This document shows, in pieces, positions 12,944 to 27,135 of a stretch of DNA of 64,000 bases. The translations under genes and the position numbers were made by a program. The notes below the pieces were generated by a model, which was given only the letters and a program-made list of their open reading frames with translations, made no database searches and had not been told where the DNA came from. Every line of letters begins with the position of its first letter. The first letter of the stretch is position 1. Source of the DNA: Octopus sinensis (Eukaryota); contig NC_043015.1 in NCBI RefSeq assembly GCF_006345805.1, positions 13,888,001 through 13,952,000 of the forward strand. The letters run 5' to 3'.

Positions 12944-14289
12944 ATTTGATATAAGTGACCAGTTGATTAGTTTCTCTCAGTGTGGTAATAATATCTTGTT
13001 TGTGTCAGTCAATGTAGTATGGTTGTGTAGCCATGATATCAGGTTAAATTTGTTTGTGAACATAGTTGTGTGAGCTATTTTGATGTGAATATGAAAACAA
13101 TGTTTCCATTTGCTGTGAGTTTGTTTTATTTGTGTGACTAATTTTGTCTTGAGTTAGTACTTCTCATTGAAAATATTTCTTCCCTGCCTTTAGTCTGGTT
13201 CTTCAAACTTTTATTTAGGACTTCATTCATTAGATAGTTTAAAAACAAACTCATAAATCTATGACTAAATGCAGTTCATTCCTCGCAATAAAAGTCAATG
13301 CTATTGTCCCAAATTATTTTCTTTCTGCTCACACATTTGTCAATATAATCATCATCATCAATTTCAGTAATGCTGTTACATTCATTTCCACACAGTGGTA
13401 CATTTCATCTGAGAAGAATTCATCTAAGATAACTTGGACTTTAGCCAGAAACATTAAAGTGAGATTAAAACAGAACACCATTTTCCATTTATTTATGCAT
13501 TTAATTTTTGTTTCCCAATTCATTCATTAATACTAAACTTAATGTTAAGTGACCTATCATGGAATGGTATTGAAAAAACAAAAAAACGTTTTGTGTCATT
13601 TTAACAAGGGAGCCAACTGTATCTTTGTTCATAGAGAATGAATGTCTTCGTTTGTAATGTTGATGAAATTCATGTAATTCACCTCTTGTTAATCTTTCCT
13701 TTTTCAGAAAACCTGTAGCTAATTACTTGTTGAAAAATAATCTCCTTATCATGTATTTTAAATCTTCTGTAAATAAATATTTTCATGGTTTGAGATTTTT
13801 GTCTTTTACACACAAATGCTAGCATGTATTGGGTCAATTTAAAGATATTGACATCAGCTTGTTCTTGGAACATATGTTTTCTGTGTTTAGATAGCTATTT
13901 TATCAAGGATTTGGTACTTTATCTATGTACCTGCACAGCGCACTATCACCCACATATACATTCATTTATCAGACATTTCTATCTTAATGTAAATCAGTTT
14001 TTAAAATTTGTATATATTTATGCCCTGTTAAAGGAAATTCCTTATAACTGCTAGACTCTAATCACTAACTACTTAAAATAGGTAGTACCTATGTTACATT
14101 AAGCTGAAATTGAGACAAATGAAGTAATGTGCTGTGCTTAGGAAGATAATGCCTACTTATATAGTTGTTTCAAATCACTTCAAGATCTTCAGTACTTAAC
14201 ATAATATTCACTGATAAAGTCTGCACAGCATGGATATATAATATATACACACACAAACGCACACATATTTTCATTTTTTGCATTCATTT

Positions 14290-14374
14290 TATCGAGCCTG
14301 GTGCAGCCATCTGGTTCGCCAGCCCTCAGTCAAAATCGTCCAACCCATGCTAGCATGGAAAGCGGACGTTAAAC

Positions 14375-14405
<31 letters not shown>
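14290..14405 (+). mobile_element. 3' end of RTE-type non-autonomous retroposon with (GAT)n tail
   Basis: ccaacccatgctagcatggaaagcggacgttaaacgatgatg, same tail as 15246-15627, 17068-17118 and 18085-18310. Confidence 0.7.
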
Positions 14406-15245
14406 CTAGCTGGGGATTTTACAGCTGAAAGCCCTTCCTGTTGCTAACCCTTACCTGCTTTACAAGTAAGGATCCTCTTATTTCACACATCTTCAAAAGT
14501 ACAAAAACTAGTGGGTGGTATGTTGACAGGAGAAACAAAATCACTGTCCTAGCTGAAAGTCTTTCAGAGAAGTGCAAATGTAAACACACACACACACAGG
14601 TATTTTATAAACTTTTGAGAGAATGTGAAATAATTCTTTGTTTCGAATCTTGAGGCTCTCGTAAAGCTATAAGCAATAGCATGTTATTATTAGGTTGAAA
14701 AATTCTTTCGGAAAGAAAAAGTCAAAGGTTAGCACAGTAGAACATCTGTCATACAGGAGATTTAGAGATTTCCCATGGGTATATGTATATCGCACGTGCG
14801 TGTGTGTCTGTATGTATATATATATATATATAAAATCTGTTTCAGTCATTTCTCTGCAGATATGCTGGGCAACCAATTTGAAAGGTTTTAGTCAAATTGA
14901 TATCAGTACATTTTTTTAAAGTCTATTACTTATTTTGTTGGTCACTTTTTGCCAAACCACTAAGTTATGCAGATGAAAACAAACCAACACTGGTCATGAA
15001 GTGATGGTGGTGAGGACAAACAAATGCACACATGATGGGCTTCTTTCAGTTTTCATCTTATAAATCCACTCACTAGGTATTGGTCAGCTCAGGGTAATTG
15101 TAGAGGACACTTGCCCAAGGTGTCACAGTATGACTGAACCCAGAACTGTGTGGTTGTGAAGCAAACTTCTTACCACACAGCCACATAAATATATATGTGA
15201 GTCAAGTACACCAACATCAAAATCAATGGAAACTGCAGTTGTGAT

Positions 15246-15627
15246 CCCTGTGCCGATGGCACGTAAAATGCACCATCTGAACGTGGCTGATGCCAGCGCC
15301 GCCTAGACTGGCTTCTGTGCCGGTGGCACGTAAAAGGCACCATCCGAATCATGGCCGATGCCAGCGCCACCTTGACTGGCTTCCGTGCCGGTGGCATGTA
15401 AAATGCACCAATCCGATCGTGGCCATTGCCAGCCTCTCCTGGCACGTAAAAAGCACCCACTACACTCACGGAGTGGTTGGCGTTAGGAAGGGCATCCAGC
15501 TGTAGAAACACTGCCAGATCAGACTGGAGCCTGGTGCAGCCTTCTGGCTTCCCAGATCCCCAGTCGAACTGTCCAACCCATGCTAGCATGGAAAACGGAC
15601 ATTAAACGATGATGATGATGATGATGA
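15246..15627 (+). mobile_element. RTE-type non-autonomous retroposon with three ~68-bp tandem subrepeats
   Basis: ggcacgtaaaa motif at 15258, 15325, 15393 and 15441; ggttggcgttaggaagggcatcc motif; (GAT)n tail. Confidence 0.75.
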
Positions 15628-15663
15628 CACATACATAATATCTTAGATACAAACTTATGTATA

Positions 15664-15713
<50 letters not shown>

Positions 15714-16665
15714 CACATAAAGATACGTTTACAAACTTATATGCACAACAATACATATACGCACATATTTACACATGTATACATAAGCATAAGATGACAC
15801 AGGAGACATATACAGACAACATACCTGTACATATATTGCAGGCTGGGCTGGTAATGAAAGTAGGCAGAGAAGCATATTGTGCAAGTCTTCAATAGAGCTG
15901 GTTGTGGACATGAATGTGAAGGAGAAATAAACACCACTATTTCCTCTTAAAATTCTGAATGACTCAAACACTTGAATATTTCTACATTTGAAAGACTTAA
16001 ATCAACACTTCAAGAATGGGAGTGAAGTACAGACTAGATAATAATATTAACAAAATATGTACCTCTCACTCCCTAAGTTTGGTGTGAGCCCTTCAAGGAT
16101 CATCCAGTATAGGTCATTATGTATGTTACCCTGTATTGTATTCAAGGGTAGGGTTTTAATGTTTTCAGCCTCTCCTGGTAACTTCCTGTTGTACTGAGGT
16201 GATCAACTTCATGATGTGTCATTGGATTTCTGCTAGGCCTGCTGTTAGTTTTAATACTATTTGGTTACTATAGTAATGAATAGTAATTTAGGTAGTTAAG
16301 GGACAAATGTTCTCCCTCAAAGCAGCACAGTTTCCTGTATTTCTCTCATGTGAATTTCAGGATCTGCCCTACTATCACTATATACTCCATTGTCATCGTG
16401 GTAAAATGTACATGGAAAGATACATCATATCTGCCCTCAGGTCACACACACAGAGCAACTCTGGAACTGCAATCCCTCCAAATCTTGTGTATCTCACTTG
16501 CCGAATGTTTGTGGACTGATAACAAAGATCTTGTAATTTTCCAGTGATTAATCATATGTTATTGTCTTCAGCCCACTTGTAGATTGTATTAAGATCATGT
16601 TGTTCTTTATTGCCTGTTATAGTTTGATATCATCAGCATAGCTAGTGAGGGTGCCTGTTTGTATA

Positions 16666-16863
16666 ACTGAGTGCATATCTTATAGAGCCTTCACAAACAA
16701 CCAAGTCTCCAAGACAGTTCCCTGTGACACTCCACCCAAGATCAGTGTCTTGTTTGAGAGAACACCATTGGCTGCAACCATTTAACTTCTATCTCTAAAT
16801 AAGTGATGCAGCTATTCTAATTTCTCCACTTAGCTGGGATCATGCAATTTGCAACACACGATC
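16666..16863 (-). repeat. 198-bp segment, copy 2 of the inverted pair
   Basis: Base-by-base comparison with 11546-11743 shows one mismatch. Confidence 0.95.
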
Positions 16864-17550
16864 CTTGATCAACTTCATTGAAAACCTTCCCAGAGTCAAA
16901 AGTATTTCAGCACTCAGTCATATTGCTGCATCTTTCAGGTTTAAGCCTTTAGCATTCAGGTTATTCTGTAGAATGTAATGCTTATCTATTCACATTGTTT
17001 TCAATTAATCATTCATTAACTTGTAGCTTTGAGATTTTGATGACATGATTGTTATATATTTAGAATTTCCGTCCAACCCATGCTAGCATGGAAAACAGAC
17101 GCTAAACGATGATGATGAATGTCATTTTAGAGTAAGTGTGAGAGGCTGGTTTGAACATAAAACAGGTAGAATATTTGGGCCAGTTTGAATAGTAAAGGAT
17201 TAAAGCCATGCTGAATGTAATTAGTTTTCTTCTGATAATTCATTCTATGACATTGCTGACTGTAATTACTAGCATCTTATCTGCCTCCACATTTTTGAAC
17301 AAGGAATATTATACCTGTCTTTGACTTTTGGGGGGAATTCACACTTATCAAGAAATTTGAATGAGTGGTTGAGGTGGGATAAAAAAGGAGAGCTGCAGGG
17401 GAGAGGGATAAGGTGTGTAATCCTCGCACACATAGGTGAGAAAGTCCAAGTTAGAAAATATGTGAAGTGAATTTACATCCAAAAGTGTGCAAGTTTTGAG
17501 AAGAAAGATGGTCTTCTGTTTCATCTGGAAGCAAGAGGTAGGAGATCCAA

Positions 17551-17832
17551 AAGGATAGGTATTTAGAGCTTTATCTATTTTGCACCATTAAAAATGAATT
17601 ATTTTCATGTCTCCTGAAGTTTCTAAATTCTTATGACATAAATATTAATTACATATATATATAGAGAGAGAGAGATTTTCAAAAAAGACATTTTGTAAAA
17701 AAAAAAAAGATAGAAAGTAAAGAAAAAATGAAAAGCACAAAACTTAGACCTATAAAGTTGTTTGCATTAAGAAGAGAATTTAGCTATAAATAAATCCTGA
17801 AGTTTTTAGTTTCTTATGACATAAATATTAAT

Positions 17833-17899
<67 letters not shown>

Positions 17900-17998
17900 A
17901 TTAATATTTATGTCATAAGAATTTAGAAACTTCAGGAGACATGAAAATAATTCATTTTTAATGGTGCAAAATAGATAAAGCTCTAAATATCTATCCTT
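17551..17998. repeat. Local inverted/direct duplication cluster around a (TA)n tract
   Basis: 17551-17660 is inverted at 17889-17998. 17797-17840 repeats part of it directly. 17674-17795 recurs at 19446-19570. Confidence 0.85.
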
Positions 17999-18084
17999 AT
18001 ATATATATACAAATGTATAATATGTATACATGCATTCATACACACACACGCATATATATATATATATACACATAAAATACACCA

Positions 18085-18310
18085 ATCTGACTGTGGCCGT
18101 TGCCAGCCCCGCCTGGCACCTGTGCAGGTGGCACGTAAAAAGCACCCACTACACTCACGGAGTGGTTGGCGTTAGGAAGGGCATCCAGCTGTAGAAACAT
18201 TGCCAGATTAGACTGGAGCCTGGTGCAGCCTTCTGGCTTCCCAGAACCCCGGTCGAACCGTCCAACCCATGCTAGCATGGAGAACGGACGTTAAACGACG
18301 ATGATGATGA
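18085..18310 (+). mobile_element. RTE-type non-autonomous retroposon (same family as 15246)
   Basis: Near-identical body and (GAT)n tail. Confidence 0.75.
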
Positions 18311-20779
18311 TATATATACTTATTTGCATACTATATACTTATGTGTATATCTATCTTGTGTAATCAACCAGACAACTTGATGCTATACATCACTGGTCAC
18401 AATGCACTTTGCATCACTTTTAGCATTTGAATGATGCCAACCCACTGGCTAAGCAAGCAGGTCGACATTCCCCCTGTTGCAGGGTTACCTGTTTACAGTT
18501 GAGTGGACTGGAGCAACATGAAATGAAGTATTTTGCTCAAGAACACAAGACACAGTTGGTCTGGTAATTGAAACCATGATCTCACAATTGTAAGTGTACA
18601 TATATATCCATGGCAGAGTTTCAGTAAAATATTAAATGCTTTCTCCAAGTACCTGTTTGGAACCAATTTGTCTTACCCTTTGATAGTTTATCCCTTCTGT
18701 CAGAAGATCACTTAAAATTCTGAAATAATTACAAAGAAAAAAAAAGTGAACAACAAAATATCACCATCATAACCTATTTCTTTATTACCCACAAGGGGCT
18801 AAACATAGAGAGGACAAACAAGGATATCACCATCATAACCATTTAACGCCCTCCTTCCATACTGACATTGGTTGGATGGTTTAACAGGAGCTGGCAAGCC
18901 AGAGAACTGTGCCAAGTTCCATTGTGTGTTTCAGCATGGTTTTTACAACTGGGTGCCCTTCCTAACACCAACCATTTTACAGAGTATATTGGGTGCTTTT
19001 TACATGGACCAACACTGGTAAGGTCTCAGTAAAATACAACACAAAGATCCCTTGACTGAGAGGCAGAGTAATATTAAGGGAAGTGCAGCTTTGTGATAAG
19101 GGGTTGAAATATGCTAGAGGCATAGAAACAGGTGTTTTGCTGAAGAGGAGATTTATGGCTACCTCAGGAAAGAGAGAAAGCAGGATGGTAGTGAAGATGT
19201 GTTGTGCTAATATCCCAGATATTGCTGTTATCTATTTAAATGAACTCTAATCATTGATAGCAATAAGTAATGACATAATAGTGATGTGTAGCCTTGAACC
19301 TCTCTGTCCTAGATAAAATAATGCTTTATAAAAGACACAAGGTTAATTCATGAAAAGTGGAGCTGGATCTATGCCAAACTATTCTGTCACCTTGAGTCAA
19401 TCAACCTTCACACATTTCCACAGAAAGATAAAATTTCTACCTTAGATTTTCAAAAAGACATTTTGTAAAAAAAAAAAAAAAGAAAAAGAAAATAAAGAAA
19501 AAATGAAAAGCAACAAACTTAGACCTATAAAGTTGTTTGCATTAAGAAGAGAATTTAGCTATAAATAAATACCGCCAAAAATGTATAAAATAGAGAACAT
19601 TGTAGCCCTCTTATCTAGGAAGATGGTAATTCCAAATAAGGACTGACTTGGACTATCACTCTCTGTCCATCCTAGCCAGCATGGAAAATACACATAAAAT
19701 GATGATGACTGTGATCCAATTTAAATTAAGTTTGACAGTTTTGTTAGTATTTAAAACAATGAACTGGTTATGAACTAACAGTGAACTCTGAACTGTTATG
19801 AACAATTAACTATTATGTTTGCATATTGTCATGTTTTTTCTTAAAACAATTTGTATAAAATCTGTGACCCTGAAAGGTTAAGAGTGCACTGCACTCCTCT
19901 GAGTTTTGCACCTTTTGTGGTTCGCTAATTGTCCTAATGTCAGCATCTGGTTCTGGGGAGGGGACATCTAATGCATTCATTTGACCCAGTGTTTCACTGA
20001 TACTTACTGAAGGAAGGGCAGAACATTTTATGTTTTATCTTTTACTTGTTTCAGTCATTAGACTGCAGCCATGCTGGGACCCCACCTTGAAGAATTTTAG
20101 TCGAATGACTCGACTCCAATACCATTTTGTAAAGTTGGGTACTTATTCTATAAATCTTTTTTGCCAAACCACTAAGTTACAGGGATGCAAACAAACCATC
20201 ACAAGTTGTCAAGCAATGGTGGAGGACAAACACAGACACAAAGACACATACACATAGATTTATATATATATATACACCAGGCTTCTCTCAGTTTCCATCC
20301 ACCAAATTTGCTCACAAGGTATTGGCCAACTTGAGACTATCATAAAAACATTCGCCCGATGTGTAACATAATAAAACTGAATCCAGAACCATGTGGTTGG
20401 GAAGCAAACTTCTTACCACACAGACATGCCTGAACCTAAAACGAGACCACTTCCTCCTCCTTGGTGGCAATTGAACTCCAAACATAAAAGAAGAATGGAC
20501 TAGACCAACTCACCATTAAGATTATGACATACTGAATAGCAAACCAATGTGCACTCCTAAATGGACCATCAGCATATTAAAAATAACAGCCAAATCTCTC
20601 AACTTATAACCATTAGACAAGAAAGACTGACACCTTCAATAATGTCATCTGAGATAAACGATGGGATGGTCATAGCCGGAATGACTTTTGATTAGAAGAC
20701 ATCTCAGCTAGGGCTCACATGGAGTTAAATAACAACTACTTATTTTTTCTCAAAATATTAGCGACATCAAATCATTATA

Positions 20780-20845
<66 letters not shown>

Positions 20846-21654
20846 GCAGCTATGGCTAGGAATCAAAGCCAAGTAATGGGTACTAATGGGTACTACTTCC
20901 TGGGAACATATCTTTTCTGTACTGTCTACCTCCTTGGCAGATACATTAAGGTCCAAGACCAAGAAATGAGAATTTGTGGTTTTTATGTATTTCTCAAGAG
21001 CATTAATGGAATAAGTGAAATGAAATAACTATAATCATAATTTAATCTGGCAATATCCAGCCTAAATATTCTGCATGTTTTATGTTAAAGCTGACGAGAT
21101 CCAACCTCTCACACCTACCTTACAATGTCATCCTAAAAATATACAAGTACACCATTTAAATCTTGAAGCTTCAAGATAATGCATGATTAATTCAAAACAA
21201 CCTGAATAAATAAGTAATTCATTTGACAAAGAAATCTGAATGCTGAAGAGTTAAATTCATGTTTCAGAATAGTCTTGCCAGGAATTATGTTCCTAGTTTA
21301 CAATGCTTGTTACCCTTGAAAGTATTAGTTGTTATTTAGCCCCAGTTCAGCACTAGATGAGTAAACCTGAAATAAAAAGTGTTTAGACATATCTGACATA
21401 GTGGTTCTTTTTTCTTTAAAGCAACAGAAGTGTGGTGGAAAAGTATAATGTATCACTTCCACTTGCTCAAACTGCTATCATTTTATTTGGCAGCCATGGA
21501 AGAATTTCATTTTAAAAGGCCAGTTTCTCAACATCATTCTGTTTAAATGGGAAGGTTGGCTTATAACCAGTTGTTTAGAATTCTTGTTTTTTAGACAAGA
21601 GTAATTGAATGTAACAATATGTCTACTAAATGTAAATACAATCGGACCTCATCA

Positions 21655-22800
21655 TAATCATCATCATCATTTAATGTTTGTTGTCCATGTTGGCATGGGT
21701 TGGATGGTTTGACCAAAGTTGGCAAGCTGGAACACTGCACCAGACTCCAGTCTGATTTGGCATGGTTTCTACGGCTGGAGGCTCTTCCTAATGCCAACCA
21801 CTCTGAGAATGTAATGGGTGCGTTTATGTGACACCGGTATCTGCCACAACTCCAATTTTGCTTAACTTGATGGGTCTTCTTCTCAAGCATGACATAATGC
21901 CAAAGGTCTTGTTTATTGCCTCTGTGAGGCCCAACATTCGAAAGGAGCTCAGCCACTTTGCTTCCATGGGGCTCAATGCTTGAAAGGTGCTTTAAATGTC
22001 TTGGTCATTGCCTCCGAGGCCCATATCTGTCACAACTGCGATTATACTTGGCTTGATGGGTCTTCATCTCAAGCACAACATAACTGCCAAAGGTCTCAGT
22101 CATTGCCCCTGAGAGGTCAACACTCGAAGGAGCTCAGCCACTTTGCCTCTGTGAGGCCCAATGCGCGAAAGCTGTTCAAAGATGTCAGTCATTGCTGCCA
22201 AAGGTGCTTCTTACGTACCATGGGCATGGGTACCAGTTATGTGACACCAGCATCATCCATGACTGCGATTTCACTTGGCCTCATATATGTATATATGATG
22301 AACTGTAGAAACTTTGATTAACTGAGATTATCCATGCTTTTTCTATACATAATTCTGTGATGCAACTGGATAATAATGTTTCCTGGAGTCTTTAGGCATT
22401 TTGGGTCTTTCAACATCAGACACCTTCATCCAGGTGATCCAGCCAGAGTTGAGTAAGTCCTAGCTTGTGTCTAGTTCACACTACCCCCAGACAAAAACTC
22501 CATCTTAAGATGTTTAAAATCTAAAAATATCAAAACAATATGAAAAACAAGTTTATTGTTATTATTTTTTTCTCTTAATCACTCAGAGGAGGAAGGGTAA
22601 TGCCAATGGCTGATGCTGAAGTCTCGTAACTGGTACCCATGCCGGTAGCATGTAAAAAACACCTTTTGAGTGTTGGGCCTCATGAAGGCAATGACCAAGA
22701 TCTCTGAAGCACCTTTCGAGCAGTGGGCCTCACAGAGGCAAAGTGGCTGAGCTCCTTTCGAGTGTTGGCCTCTCAGAGGCAATGACCGTGGGAGGAAATT
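21655..22800. repeat. Composite repeat cluster: RTE-tail copy (-) plus tandem tcattgcctctgtgaggcccaa/gagctcagccactttg modules in both orientations
   Basis: Modules at 21910-22200 (+) and 22600-22790 (-). Confidence 0.6.
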
Positions 22801-23676
22801 ATCATCAAACCAGAGGCCTTGCAACAGTGTGGACACTACCAAAAGCACCCAAGGGCTAAGGGATACTGTTGAATCAAATAACAGGGTGTGGAAGCATGCA
22901 AGTGGCTAATATACTGAAAGTAAATGGGTATTTGGAGATATTTAAGTAATTAGTAAATAAAAGGCTGACACACAGCTCAATATTACAGGAAATATAAACT
23001 GCTTAGGGATCAATAATGTACTATAACAACTGGTGTTCATGTAATGAAATAGAATTATTACCAAATGTATTCGACCACTATATTGTGAACCATGTTATGG
23101 ATTTTCATCAATGTTGCTAAATATCTGGTATGCACACACACACACACAATCCTTTTTTGGTCTTATGCCAAGCAAAGAATGGAAGATAACAAGTGGTTCA
23201 TTTCGAAGAAGCTTTCAATAGTTACTTAACAAAAAATAAAAAAATAAAAGCAAATGCTTAATATAAATGGCACAGTGACAAATGTATGAAGATGATGGTA
23301 GGTGTTGAGAAATTGAAAAGCATATTATCACTCCTCATGAAATTATGATTTATCTTATGAAATTCCTATTGTTAAGCATTAATCATTATTGTCAACGACT
23401 ATTGAAAAGGTTGCAAGATGCAACAAAAATTGTAGAACGAATAAATAACTAAGTGAGTGGAAATTGAACCAGTGAGTGTGTTAAATAATAAGGCACTAAA
23501 ACAGAATGACTCTCCCCAGACGCAATAAAATTATTGATTTGATTCATCAGTAAATCTGAACTGAATCCAAAGCTGAAGATTCCAAAACTAAAATGCCTTA
23601 TTAAAGTGTGTATAATATACAGGGTGGGCCAAAAGTCTTGCACCAAAATGTTTGACATTTTTTAATTACATTATTA

Positions 23677-23737
<61 letters not shown>

Positions 23738-23966
23738 CATTATTATTATCACCATTATTATTATTATTCTTATTTCAACTTTGCCTTTCATCCTCTCAGG
23801 GTTGATAAGATAAGTACCATCTGAGTATTGGGGTCAATTTAATCAATTATGCCACTCCCCCAAATTTCATATCTTGTGCCTATTATAGTAGAAAAGATTA
23901 TGATGATGATTATTATTATTATTATTATTATTATTATTGTTGTTGTTGTTATTAGTTTATTATTAA

Positions 23967-24356
23967 GGTGATCTCATATCAAGATAAACAGTGCATGACC
24001 TTGCAGGTGGGGCCCAGTTAGAATTTTCTTCAGGTTGAATAGCCCATCCCACTCAAAAGGTCCCTGAATAAAGGTTGCTTAAGGATGATGAAGAATGAAA
24101 CATCTCTGCTTCCAGAGGTGAATTATTCAAATCTCCAAAATTTCCTCTCAACACACGGCTATGATGCTCCCCCACTACTTCTCATGATCAGAGATGCACA
24201 TATCATCAGCCACTAAGGGACATGCTCAACTAGTTAAGGTCAAACAACTGACAAGCAAATCTGTGGTAATGAGCAGAATATTTGCAGTAGACCATCTTTT
24301 ATATTAAGACAAAACAATGTACATAGCACTTTCAGTTAGTTAAGATCAGAAGCCAT
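23967..24356 (-). mobile_element. Non-coding repeat flanked on both sides by (TAA)n
   Basis: Homologous in reverse complement to 25181-25655; (TTA)n on both flanks. Confidence 0.75.
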
Positions 24357-24481
24357 TTATTATTATTATTATTATTAATTCTGTAATTTCCATTATTTTA
24401 TTTTGTGATGGACTCTCTATATGGTCGTTTCATCTGCTAGAAGCCCTAGTTAAATCTTCCTGTAATAATCCTTTCTGCTAT

Positions 24482-24955
24482 AGGCAGAAGGGCTGAAATT
24501 TTGAAGGAAGAGGTGTGAGTCAGTTACATCGTCCCCATTGTGCAATTGGTACTGGTTTTATCTCCTCCGAAAGGATGAAAGATGGAATTTGAAGCGTTGT
24601 TTAGTAGTTAGGCGTATTCGGTTCGCGATCGTAATGTTGTGAGTTCGATTCCCGACTGCGCGTTGTGACCTTGATCAAGAGATTTTATTTCACTTTGCTC
24701 CAGTCTACTTGTCGCATTCGGTGTCACGCTGAATCTCCCTGAGAACTACGTTAAAGGTTATGCGTGTCTGGAGTACTCAGCCGCTTGCCCGTTGATTTCA
24801 CGAGCGGGCTGTTCCGTTGACCGGATCAACTGGAACCCTCGACGTCGTTTCATCGTAATCAACGGAATGCCACCTACATGTAATGTAAAGACGGAAGAAA
24901 GCTGCTAAGCATTTTGTCCAGCGTGCTATCGATTCTGCCGGCTCGCTGCCTTAAA
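24482..24955 (+). mobile_element. RTE-type short repeat interrupted by a SINE
   Basis: Halves ..ccgaaaggatgaaag..ggaatttgaa and ..gctaagcattttgtccagcgtgcta.. match intact copies at 253-475, 32701-32915 and 45580-45797. Confidence 0.65.
24597..24872 (+). mobile_element. tRNA-headed SINE with CORE-like middle, nested in the repeat above
   Basis: ttagtagttagg..gagttcgattccc head, gtgaccttgatcaag core, tail shared with 38304-38480. Confidence 0.7.
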
Positions 24956-25180
24956 TCTTTCAATAACAATACTCTGACTTTCGCATTTGTCTAACTGATA
25001 GTTGAAATTTACATTGATGTCAAAGTTGTGCAAGCAGCAGCCAGCTTGTTTGTTGTATGCAAGGATTTATGAATTAAATTTTTGTTGTTGCTGAAATATT
25101 TGGTTCAAAAAATCACAGAATGAGTGACGAAAGAACTTTGGTGAACAAATAAACTAAAATAATAATAATAATAATAATAA

Positions 25181-25655
25181 TTCTTGGTATAAAAGATGGG
25201 CTACAACAAATATTCTGCTCAATACTACAGATTTGCTTGTCAGTTGTTTGACCACAACCCGTTGAGCATGTCCCTTAGTAGCTGACGATATGTGCATCTC
25301 TGATCACGAGCAGAAGTAAGCAGGGAGCATCATAGCCATGTGTTGAGAGGGATTCTTTGGGGTCTGAATAATTCACCTCTGGAAACATGGGTGTTTCGTT
25401 CAACATCCTTAAACAACCGTTATTCAGGGACCTTTTGAGCGGGATAGACTACTCGACCAGATGAAAATTCTAACTGGGCCCCACATGCAAGGTCATGTGC
25501 TGTTTATCTTTTTATGAGATCACTATTTGGCGCTCATATTGTTGTGTTGCATGTGCCTAGTGTACCCTTATCAGACGGGTAGTCATGATGGATATACTGG
25601 GCTTCGTATATTTTACCCCAGTGTCACTTTGATGTCATGCACTGCTCTCTCACTC
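25181..25655 (+). mobile_element. Non-coding repeat flanked on both sides by (TAA)n
   Basis: (TAA)n at 25156-25180 and from 25656; second copy at 23967-24356. Confidence 0.75.
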
Positions 25656-25686
<31 letters not shown>

Positions 25687-26031
25687 TGAAAACTAATGTG
25701 AAGATGAAATAAATAGTGCGTAAGTTTAATTGGCAAAAGATGACCATCCTCCCCGCCAAATAACAACATGCGTGTGTGTGTGATACAGCATAAATTCAAC
25801 ATCAACCACAAAAATTAACAACATACCAATAAATAAATAAGTAGATAAACATATAAATATATCAGCTGATTACTTGGGCGACTTCAAGAAAAAAAAAAAT
25901 AATATGAATTTATAAAACTTCGCCAGCCGTCAACGGAAACAATACCAGCAGCTGACCGGCGAAAGTGAAAGTGAAGTCGTACATTCATTGATCTAAATTA
26001 ACTCTGATACATCTAAATAATATATATATAT

Positions 26032-26397
26032 AGGCGCAGGAGTGGCTGTGTGGTAAGTAGCTTGCTTACCAACCACATGGTTCCGGGTTCAGTCCCACTG
26101 CGTGGCATCTTGGGCAAGTGTCTTCTGCTATAGCCCTGTGAGTGGATTTGGTAGACGGAAACTGAAAGAAACCTGTCGTATACATGTATATATATATGTG
26201 TGTGTGTTTGTGTGTCTGTGTTTGTCCCCCTATGCTGGTGTGTTTACGTCCCCGTCACTTAGCGGTTCGGCAAAAAGAGGCCGATAGAATAAGTACTGGG
26301 CTTACAAAGAATAAGTCCCGAGGTCGATTTGCTCGACTAAAGGCGGTGCTCCAGCATGGCCGCAGTCAAATGACTGAAACAAGTAAAAGAGTAAAGA

Positions 26398-26400
<3 letters not shown>
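26032..26400 (+). mobile_element. SINE family 1
   Basis: Same head, core and tail as 11858, with two small internal deletions. Confidence 0.9.
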
Positions 26401-26437
<37 letters not shown>

Positions 26438-26690
26438 TATATATATAAATAAAATCACAATATTTGACGACATATAAAACGCTCCTCACCCCCCAAAAAA
26501 TTGTTTTAAAAAATCGTTCCGGCTCCAATAAGCAAGTTGCGGTTCTCATAAGCTTTAATGCACTAAAAACTTATTTTTCCTGAATATACTCCGCTGAAAT
26601 TGTGGCTCGTTGAATATGCCCGTGCGTCTTTCATGGCATCAAATACGGTATAACTCTGGCCATAGAACATTGTAAAATGTAAAAAAGAAT

Positions 26691-26845
26691 GACATGTATA
26701 CGCATATAAATGGAAGCACGCGCATGGGGATACACGTAAGTATATTCTTTTAGTTTGGTTTAGAAACCGTGATTAAAGTCTTTCTCTAACACTGCTTTCA
26801 GGTCATGCCATAATTTCTTTGTCTTACTGTCAACTTCTGATATAA

Positions 26846-26882
<37 letters not shown>

Positions 26883-27135
26883 TGTGTGTGTGTGTGAGCG
26901 TGTGTAGTGCACGTGTGTATGTATGTATGCATGCATGTATGTATGTATGTGTACTCTCATACAAACCTCCCTCTATACAAACCGTTTCCACTCCACCACG
27001 CTCATATAAACTTCAAATGCAAATTATCTCCTGTCGTTTCAAAATAACAAAATCCACGGCTTTAATAATGTTCAGTATACTTCATACAATGCGTTTCATA
27101 CTAACTCCTATACCCAACAAACTCTTTCAATCTCT
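26691..27135. repeat. 445-bp direct repeat, copy 1
   Basis: Matches 32984-33428 apart from microsatellite length and a few substitutions. Confidence 0.92.
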
